Source: Acidobacteriota bacterium (GTDB taxonomy: Bacteria > Acidobacteriota > Thermoanaerobaculia > Multivoradales > Multivoraceae). Taken from it: a stretch of DNA of 64,000 nucleotides. The stretch is from positions 563,786 to 627,785 of the forward strand of contig JAPPCR010000006.1 of NCBI GenBank assembly GCA_028875725.1. Reading direction: 5' to 3'. Shown one piece after another: positions 57,898 to 64,000 of this stretch. The position numbers and the translations under genes were made by a program. The first letter of the stretch is position 1; the number at the start of each line of letters is the position of its first letter. The notes beneath the pieces were generated by a model. That model was not told the origin of the DNA, did not search any database, and saw nothing but the letters and a program-made list of their open reading frames with translations.

Positions 57898-59021
57898 CGA
57901 CGACGTCCGCCGGCCCTGCGGCCCGCAGCGCAACGCCCGTACTGGACGCGACCGCCGGGGTCGCGGAGAGTGTGCGGCGCGAAATGGAGCGCACATTCCG
58001 GCGGAGCGTCAAGGGCCTCGAGTACATCTCGACCGGCGACCCGGGGGTAGGCCTGACGCCGAAGGACACGGTCCACAGCCGGGGCACGCTCCGCCTGTAC
58101 CACTACCGGGCGCGGGTGGACGAGGTGTACCGGACGCCGCTCCTGCTGGTCATGTCCCTGATCAGCAAGCCCTACATCCTCGACCTGGCGCCGGGCCACA
58201 GCCTGATCGAGTTTCTGCTCGACCGCGGCTTCGACGTCTACATGATCGACTGGGGCACGCCCCGGCCGGAGGACAGCCGCCTGCGGCTCGAGGACTACGT
58301 GCTCGACTTCATTCCCGAGTGCGTGGAGGTCGTCCACGAGCGGAGCGGCGAACCCGACGTGTCGATCGTCGCCTACTGCATGGGCGGGCTCCTGGGCGCG
58401 CTCTACGCGGCGCTTCATTCCGACGTGGCGTCCGGCGGGCGGCTGCGCAATCTGGCCTGCTTCACGACGCCGGTCAACTACGACGGAATGGGACTGTTCA
58501 GGACCTGGACGGACCCGGCCCACTTCGATGTCGACCGGATCGTCGACCGGCTGGGCAACGTCCCGCCGCAGATGCTCTACGCTTCCTTCAACGCCCTGCG
58601 GCCGGCGTCACAGGTCGCGGGCCGGGTGCGTCTCTGGGACAACATGTGGAACGACGAGTTCGTGACCTCGTACCGCCGACTCCAGCGCTGGGCCGCCGAC
58701 CAGATCCCGTTCCCGGGTGAGTGCTTCCGTCAGACGACGAAAGAGCTCCAGCAGCAGAACCTGCTGATGAAGGGCGAGTTCCGGCTCGGCGGCAGGCTCG
58801 TTGACCTGTCGAACATCAAGGTCCCCTTCATCCACGTCGTCGCGGAGCACGACCACATCGTGCCGTACGAGGCGGCCCGAGACCTGGTCGGAATGGTCGG
58901 CTCCGAGGACAAGCAGGAGCTCATGCTGAAGGGCGGCCACGTCAGCCTCGTCGCCGGGGGGAACGCGGTGCGCCGCCTGTGGCCGCGCCTCGAGGAGTGG
59001 CTGGCCGAGCGTTCGGTCTGA
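57894..59021 (+). CDS. phaC: poly(R)-hydroxyalkanoate synthase PhaC, class III/IV type
   Basis: About 375 aa from internal ATG 57894. Lipase-box-like VAYCMGG (G-x-C-x-G) with catalytic Cys. Alpha/beta-hydrolase fold. Confidence 0.65.
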   Translation: MTTTSAGPAARSATPVLDATAGVAESVRREMERTFRRSVKGLEYISTGDPGVGLTPKDTVHSRGTLRLYHYRARVDEVYRTPLLLVMSLISKPYILDLAPGHSLIEFLLDRGFDVYMIDWGTPRPEDSRLRLEDYVLDFIPECVEVVHERSGEPDVSIVAYCMGGLLGALYAALHSDVASGGRLRNLACFTTPVNYDGMGLFRTWTDPAHFDVDRIVDRLGNVPPQMLYASFNALRPASQVAGRVRLWDNMWNDEFVTSYRRLQRWAADQIPFPGECFRQTTKELQQQNLLMKGEFRLGGRLVDLSNIKVPFIHVVAEHDHIVPYEAARDLVGMVGSEDKQELMLKGGHVSLVAGGNAVRRLWPRLEEWLAERSV

Positions 59022-59037
59022 GGGGGAAGAACGGGAT

Positions 59038-59679
59038 ATGGCAGACGAGAAGAACCGCGTCGAAGAGAACCGCCCGCTGTCGATGGCGCCCGTCGACCGT
59101 GTCGCCCGGCGGCTGAACGCCCGTGAGCTGACGGTACGGCCGATGGACGCGGACGATCGCACAGCCGTCCTCGCCTTCGCCGACGGTCTTCCGGACCACG
59201 ATCTCCTGTTCCTGCGCCGCGACATCCGCGAGGCCGACGTGGTCGACCAGTGGATCGGCGAGATCGAGTCGGGCCAGATGACAACGTTGCTCGCCCTGGC
59301 GGACGCCGAGCTGATCGGCTACGCCTCGATCGACCGCAGCCAGTTGCAGTGGTCCTCCCACGTCGCCGAGATTCGGGTCGTGATCTCCGAGTCGGCGCGC
59401 GCCATGGGCCTCGGCCGGCTGCTCGTCGAGCAGGCGTTCCAGGCGGCTGTCGCGGCCGGCATCGAGAAGGTCGTGGCGCGGATGACGGCGGACCAGAAGG
59501 GCGCCGTCGCTGCCTTCGAGGGACTCGGCTTTCGCCCCGAGGGGCTGATGCGGAATCACGTCCGCGACCTGTCCGGCGAGAAGCACGACCTGCTCGTCAT
59601 GGGGCTCGACATCGTCGCTCTGCACGGGACGCTGGAAGGCTACGGTCTCGACGAGGCAGTGGCCGCCACCGTCGATTAG
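59038..59679 (+). CDS. GNAT-family N-acetyltransferase
   Basis: Acetyl-CoA binding-like RAMGLGRLLVEQA. Confidence 0.5.
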   Translation: MADEKNRVEENRPLSMAPVDRVARRLNARELTVRPMDADDRTAVLAFADGLPDHDLLFLRRDIREADVVDQWIGEIESGQMTTLLALADAELIGYASIDRSQLQWSSHVAEIRVVISESARAMGLGRLLVEQAFQAAVAAGIEKVVARMTADQKGAVAAFEGLGFRPEGLMRNHVRDLSGEKHDLLVMGLDIVALHGTLEGYGLDEAVAATVD

Positions 59680-59733
59680 ACCGGTCGCGCTACGATCCGG
59701 CCGGATCGCTGAACGCCCGAGGAGAAGGAGCCC

Positions 59734-61272
59734 ATGCGAGACAACGTCGGACTCATCCTGACCAAGCGCGCCTCCCTGTCGCCGGATATGGAGGGTTTCG
59801 TCGACGTCGAAACGGAGCGCCGTTTCACGTTCGCCGAGTGGAACCTGCGCTCGAACCGGACCGCCAACGCGCTCCGCGAACTCGGTGTCGGCAAAGGCGA
59901 CCGCGTGGCGCTGTTGCTGATGAACAGCGTGGAGTACATGGAGACGTTCTTCGCGATCGCCAAGATCGGCGCCGTTTGCGTGCCGCTGAACTGGCGGCTG
60001 ACGCCCGAGGAACTGTCCTTCATCATCCGCGACGCCGGCGCCGAGACGCTCATCTTCGGCGACGAGTTCCAGGCCCAGGTGCTGGACCTGATCGCGCGCG
60101 GCGGCGGCGAGAACGGCACGGACGTCACGAAGTGGGTCCACGTCGGTCCGGACGAGCAGCGGCCCGACGGCTGTGTCTCGTACCTGGACGCCACGTCGGC
60201 GGCGAGCGATGCCGAGCCCGAGATCGGGGCCCTGGACGACGACCTGCTCTACATCATGTACACCTCGGGAACGACCGGCCTGCCCAAAGGCGCCGTTCAC
60301 ACCCACGCGTCGGCGCTGTGGGCGGGCCTGACGATCATGGCCAGCGCCGACACCCGCTACGGCGACCGCTACCTCGTCTCGTTGCCCCTGTTCCACGTTG
60401 GCGCCCTGACCCCGGCCACCGGCAACGTCCACCGCGGCAGCACCAGCGTCGTGCTGCGCGCCTTCGACCCGGTGCGCACCTGGCAGTTGATCGACGAAGA
60501 GAAGATCGACGTGATGCTGAAGGTGCCTGCGATGCTCAACTTCATGCTCCAGGTCTACGATCCCGAGCGCTGCAGGCACGAGCGGCTCCGCTGGTGCATG
60601 AGCGGCGCGGCGCCGGTGCCGGTCAACCTGATCGAGGCCTACGACAAGCTGGGCATCGAGATCCACCAGGTCTACGGCCTGACCGAGACCTGCGGTCCGG
60701 CCTGCCTCATCTCGCCCGAGGACGCCATCCGCAAGGCCGGCTCGACCGGCAAGGCCTTCTTCCACACCTCCGTGCGCGTCGTCGATGGCGACGGCAACGA
60801 CTGCGCTCCCGGCGATGCGGGAGAGGTCCTGGTCGCCGGCCGCCACCTGATGAAGGAGTACTGGAACCGCCCGGACGCCACCGCCGAGAGTCTCGTGGAC
60901 GGCTGGTTCTACACCGGCGACGGCGCGGTGATGGACGAGGACGGTTTCGTCTACATCCAGGACCGGCTGAAGGACATGATCATCTCCGGCGGCGAGAACG
61001 TCTATCCCGCTGAGCTCGAAGAGGTCATCGGCCGCCACCCCAAGGTGCTCGAAGTCGGCGTCATCGGCCGCGAGAGCGAGAAGTGGGGCGAGTCCCCGGT
61101 CGCCATCGTCGTCCGCTCCGACGAGAACCTCGAAGGCGAAGAGATCCTCGAGTTCTGCCAGGACAAGCTGGCCCGCTTCAAGCAACCGGTCGCCGTCCAC
61201 TTCATCGACCAGTTGCCGCGCAACCCGTCGGGGAAGATCCTGAAGCGCCTGCTGCGCGAACAGTTCAACTGA
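59734..61272 (+). CDS. acyl-CoA synthetase (AMP-binding, fatty-acid-CoA ligase)
   Basis: AMP-binding motif YTSGTTGLPKGAVHTH. C-terminal ...GKILKRLLRE. Confidence 0.7.
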   Translation: MRDNVGLILTKRASLSPDMEGFVDVETERRFTFAEWNLRSNRTANALRELGVGKGDRVALLLMNSVEYMETFFAIAKIGAVCVPLNWRLTPEELSFIIRDAGAETLIFGDEFQAQVLDLIARGGGENGTDVTKWVHVGPDEQRPDGCVSYLDATSAASDAEPEIGALDDDLLYIMYTSGTTGLPKGAVHTHASALWAGLTIMASADTRYGDRYLVSLPLFHVGALTPATGNVHRGSTSVVLRAFDPVRTWQLIDEEKIDVMLKVPAMLNFMLQVYDPERCRHERLRWCMSGAAPVPVNLIEAYDKLGIEIHQVYGLTETCGPACLISPEDAIRKAGSTGKAFFHTSVRVVDGDGNDCAPGDAGEVLVAGRHLMKEYWNRPDATAESLVDGWFYTGDGAVMDEDGFVYIQDRLKDMIISGGENVYPAELEEVIGRHPKVLEVGVIGRESEKWGESPVAIVVRSDENLEGEEILEFCQDKLARFKQPVAVHFIDQLPRNPSGKILKRLLREQFN

Positions 61273-61340
61273 GTCGGCGCCGCCAGCTCCGCGTCGGGCA
61301 GGACAACATCACCCCGTTCGGGCTCGACATTCACCACCCG

Positions 61341-62867
61341 GTGTTCGTCGTCTCGGGTGCCGTGATCGTCCTGTTCGTTCTCGGCACGCTGGTCTTCCAG
61401 AACCAGGCCGCGCGGTTCTTCAGGTGGCTGCTCCCGGCGATCATCGGCGCCTTCGACTGGTTCTTCCTGTCGGCCGGCAACGTCTTCGTGTTCTTCGCCC
61501 TGCTGCTCGTGTTCCTGCCGGTCGGCAGGGTGCGGCTGGGTGGCCCGGACGCCAGGCCAGAGTTCTCGTACCCGGGCTGGTTCGGGATGCTGTTCGCCGC
61601 CGGCATGGGGATCGGCCTGATGTACTTCGGCGTTTCGGAACCGCTGTCCCACTTCGGCGCCGCCCTGGACGGGCCGGTGATGGACGGCGACGGCCTGCGC
61701 AGCGACGCCGCGCCGCTGGGAGGCGCCGCCGGTGACGCGCTGGCCGCGCGCGACCTCGCGATGGCGGCGACGATCTACCACTGGGGCCTGCATCCGTGGG
61801 CGATCTACGCCGTGGTCGCCCTGGCGCTGGCGTTCTTCGCCTACAACCACGGCCTGCCCCTGACCCTGCGCTCGGCGTTCTATCCGATTCTGGGCGACCG
61901 CGTGCGCGGCTGGTGGGGACATCTGATCGACGTCCTGGCTGTGTTTGCCACCCTGTTCGGCCTGGCGACGTCGCTTGGGCTGGGGACCACCCAGGCCCTG
62001 GCGGGGTTCAACCTGCTCTACGGCTGGGGTACGGGCGGTCTGGCCGCCGTGGTGCTGATCGGCGTCATCACGTTGCTCGCCGTCGTTTCGGTGGTACGCG
62101 GCCTGGACCGCGGCATCAAGGTGCTGTCGGGATTCAACATGACCCTTGCCCTTGCCCTGTTGCTCGCGGTCATCGTGATCGGCCCGACGGGTGAGATTCT
62201 GGTCACCGCCGCCAGGGGCGCGTTGGCCTATGGCGCGAACCTGGTGCCGCTGGCGGTGCCGTTCGGTCGTGAGGACACGGGCTTCTCGCATGACTGGACC
62301 ACGTTCTACTGGGCCTGGTGGGTGTCCTGGTCGCCGTTCGTCGGCATGTTCATCGCCCGAGTGTCCCGCGGCCGGACCGTGCGCGAGTTCGTCGTGTGCG
62401 TGATTCTCATCCCGACCCTGCTGTCGATCGTCTGGATGGCGGCCTTCGGCGGCACGGCGATCTCCCAGACGATCGCGGACGGCACGGCGCCGGTGGCGTC
62501 GGCGGCCCAGGAGGTCATGCTCTTCCGGATGGTCGAGCAGTTCCCGCTCAGCGCGGTGCTGTCGCTCGCCGGCATCGTCCTCGTGCTCGTGTTCTTCGTC
62601 ACTTCGTCCGACTCCGGCTCGCTCGTCGTCGACACGATCACCGCGGGCGGGAAGGAAGACGTGCCGACCAGCCAGCGTGTCTTCTGGGCCACGCTCGAAG
62701 GTGTCGTCGCCGCGGTCCTGCTCCTGGTCGGCGGCACCGGCGCGCTGGACGCCCTGCGGGCGATGACCGTCTCGACGGGCCTGCCGTTCACCCTGGTGCT
62801 GCTGGCCATGTGCTACAGCATCTGGGTCGGCCTGTGGGCCGCGGTGCGGGAGAGGAGCGGCGTCTGA
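61341..62867 (+). CDS. BCCT-family (betaine/carnitine/choline) transporter; start uncertain (GTG at 61341 proposed)
   Basis: 12-TM protein with BCCT signature region (GWFGMLFAAGMGIGLMYFGVSEPLSHF, WTTFYWAWWVSWSPFVGMFIARVSRGRT). The six-frame ORF start at 61083 would overlap the ligase gene by 190 bp. Confidence 0.6.
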   Translation: MFVVSGAVIVLFVLGTLVFQNQAARFFRWLLPAIIGAFDWFFLSAGNVFVFFALLLVFLPVGRVRLGGPDARPEFSYPGWFGMLFAAGMGIGLMYFGVSEPLSHFGAALDGPVMDGDGLRSDAAPLGGAAGDALAARDLAMAATIYHWGLHPWAIYAVVALALAFFAYNHGLPLTLRSAFYPILGDRVRGWWGHLIDVLAVFATLFGLATSLGLGTTQALAGFNLLYGWGTGGLAAVVLIGVITLLAVVSVVRGLDRGIKVLSGFNMTLALALLLAVIVIGPTGEILVTAARGALAYGANLVPLAVPFGREDTGFSHDWTTFYWAWWVSWSPFVGMFIARVSRGRTVREFVVCVILIPTLLSIVWMAAFGGTAISQTIADGTAPVASAAQEVMLFRMVEQFPLSAVLSLAGIVLVLVFFVTSSDSGSLVVDTITAGGKEDVPTSQRVFWATLEGVVAAVLLLVGGTGALDALRAMTVSTGLPFTLVLLAMCYSIWVGLWAAVRERSGV

Positions 62868-62886
62868 CGGCCGGCCCCAGCCCGTC

Positions 62887-63168
62887 TCAACGAACCCCTG
62901 AGACCGGGAACTCCTCCAGGAACCAGAACTCGCCTTCAAGTGCCCCGGCCTCTTCGCCGACCGCGGCGGCTTCAGGCGTTGCCATGTACGCCTCCGCCCT
63001 CGCCCGGTCCTCGACATCGAGGATGAAGAACACCTCGTCCGCCTTGTCGGCCGAACGCCACACTCGCTCGACGGACAGTCCGGCCGCCAGTCCGGCGGCC
63101 TCCTGCTCGTCGAAGACGCGCTTCCAGTGGTCGAAGTCCTTGACGCGGTTGCGCACCAGCAAGACCAT
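62887..63168 (-). CDS. small hypothetical protein (alpha+beta barrel, Dabb/ABM-like?)
   Basis: 93 aa ORF with coding composition. Stop codon 3 bp upstream of the SBP gene start. Confidence 0.3.
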   Translation of the reverse strand: MVLLVRNRVKDFDHWKRVFDEQEAAGLAAGLSVERVWRSADKADEVFFILDVEDRARAEAYMATPEAAAVGEEAGALEGEFWFLEEFPVSGVR

Positions 63169-63171
63169 CTC

Positions 63172-64000
63172 CTACTCCTCCCGCTCGACCCACCACGCCC
63201 GCGTACCGGGGACGAACGCGGTGACGCCCGCCGGCCCCAGTTCGACGCCGCGCATCCTCTTGCTGAAGCCCCAGGTGGTGCTGTAGTTCCACAGGAACAG
63301 GGCGGGCTGGTCGGCCTGGACGTGGGCCTGCAGTTCGCGCAGCAGTTCGGCGCGGCGGTCGCGGTCGAGTTCCATGCGGGAGCGGTCGAAGAGTTCGTCG
63401 ACCTTGGGGTTGCTGTAGCTGTCGTAGTTGCGGCCGTTTTCGATCGCTTCGGTGTGGAAGAAGTTCCGCCAGATGTCCGGGTCGGCGAAGACCTGGTAGG
63501 TGTCGACGTGGGCGATCATCTCGTGCTGGATCAGCAGCGGCGAGCGGCTCGCGTTCTCCTGGATCTCGGTGTCGAAAGAGACGCCGATGCGGCGCAGGTC
63601 GTCGCGGTAGATGTCGACCATGCGGCGCGCGTCGACGAAGGACTGCGCCAGGTTCATCATGAAGTGGAAGCGGACCTGCTCGCCGTCGATCTCCTTGTAG
63701 CGCCAGCCATCGTCCGGGTTCGTCTTCCAGCCGGCCTCGTCCAACAGCGCGGCTGCCTTGTCGAGGTCGTACTCGAGCGGCTGGACGTCGGGGTTGTGGC
63801 TCCAGTGGGTGGGCGGGAACATGCCGTTGGAGCGGGTGTAGACGTTCCAGCTCACCTGCCGCAGCACGCGCTCGGCGTCGTAGGCGTGAGCCATCGCCCG
63901 CCGCACCCGGACATCGCCGAAGAAGTGGTTGTTGCCGCCCTGCTGCCAGCCGATGTACGCCTGCATCCAGCGCGGTCCCCAGGCCTTGACGCCGGCGGCG
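63172..64000 (-). CDS. ABC transporter substrate-binding protein, family 5 (peptide/nickel type), C-terminal part; gene continues past window end
   Basis: The reading frame stays open to the window edge. The sequence is typical of the SBP_bac_5 C-terminal lobe. Confidence 0.5.
   Translation of the reverse strand, partial: AAGVKAWGPRWMQAYIGWQQGGNNHFFGDVRVRRAMAHAYDAERVLRQVSWNVYTRSNGMFPPTHWSHNPDVQPLEYDLDKAAALLDEAGWKTNPDDGWRYKEIDGEQVRFHFMMNLAQSFVDARRMVDIYRDDLRRIGVSFDTEIQENASRSPLLIQHEMIAHVDTYQVFADPDIWRNFFHTEAIENGRNYDSYSNPKVDELFDRSRMELDRDRRAELLRELQAHVQADQPALFLWNYSTTWGFSKRMRGVELGPAGVTAFVPGTRAWWVEREE

Noticed and set aside
58942-61200. 752 aa minus-strand ORF
   Set aside because: Antisense to phaC, GNAT and acyl-CoA ligase genes, which have clear conserved motifs on the plus strand. 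Composition artefact.
61002-63017. 671 aa minus-strand ORF
   Set aside because: Antisense to the BCCT transporter gene. Highly charged low-complexity translation.
1-64000. CRISPR arrays, rRNA and tRNA genes
   Set aside because: No short regularly spaced direct repeats and no tRNA-like or rRNA-like segments were seen by eye, including at the defence-island boundaries. Cannot be fully excluded without tRNAscan or Infernal.

Overview
This is a 64 kb, high-GC (roughly 68-70% by eye) chromosomal window with long antisense ORFs typical of GC-rich genomes. The real genes mostly overlap their neighbours by 4 bp (ATGA/GTGA). Acidobacteria-type VWFA-domain paralogs and Oar-like TonB-dependent receptors suggest an Acidobacteria-like host; this is inference only. 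No rRNA, tRNA or CRISPR array was noticed. Left to right the window holds the following. (1) The 3' part of an Oar-like TonB-dependent outer-membrane protein. (2) A lower-GC small secreted-protein gene, an IS3-family transposase remnant and a decayed C-terminal fragment of a VWFA paralog. (3) Four intact tandem paralogs of a secreted VWFA-related Acidobacterial-domain protein. (4) A VapBC toxin-antitoxin pair. (5) A TPR protein plus a CRTAC1/ASPIC lipoprotein. (6) A DUF1761 membrane protein. (7) A Tat-exported TPP-dependent enzyme co-transcribed with a mono-heme cytochrome c, next to a penicillin/AHL-acylase-family gene. (8) A TonB-dependent receptor, a DUF1080 lipoprotein and a Rieske-TPP fusion enzyme. 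(9) A roughly 16 kb lower-GC defence island (about 25.85-42.0 kb). All eight of its genes are on the minus strand and tightly coupled: brxF-brxC-(AlbA_2 ATPase)-pglXI-SIR2-herA-pglZ-brxA. This is a BREX type 3 locus in which a complete SIR2-HerA module sits where the BrxHII helicase normally is. This is the most interesting system in the window. (10) Housekeeping and metabolism genes: map, two CoA-transferases, ctaA-ctaB, a NUDIX CoA pyrophosphatase, an LLM oxidoreductase, UDP-glucose dehydrogenase with UDP-glucuronate decarboxylase, and a SEC-C protein. (11) A PHA cluster: phaR, a MaoC dehydratase, an MFE-2-type SDR, a phasin, a miniature PhaE-like subunit and a class III/IV phaC. (12) A GNAT gene, an acyl-CoA ligase, a BCCT transporter and the 3' part of a family-5 solute-binding protein. 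In addition, a roughly 170 bp intergenic hairpin element with compensatory stem changes occurs twice (about 15.9 kb and 48.0 kb).
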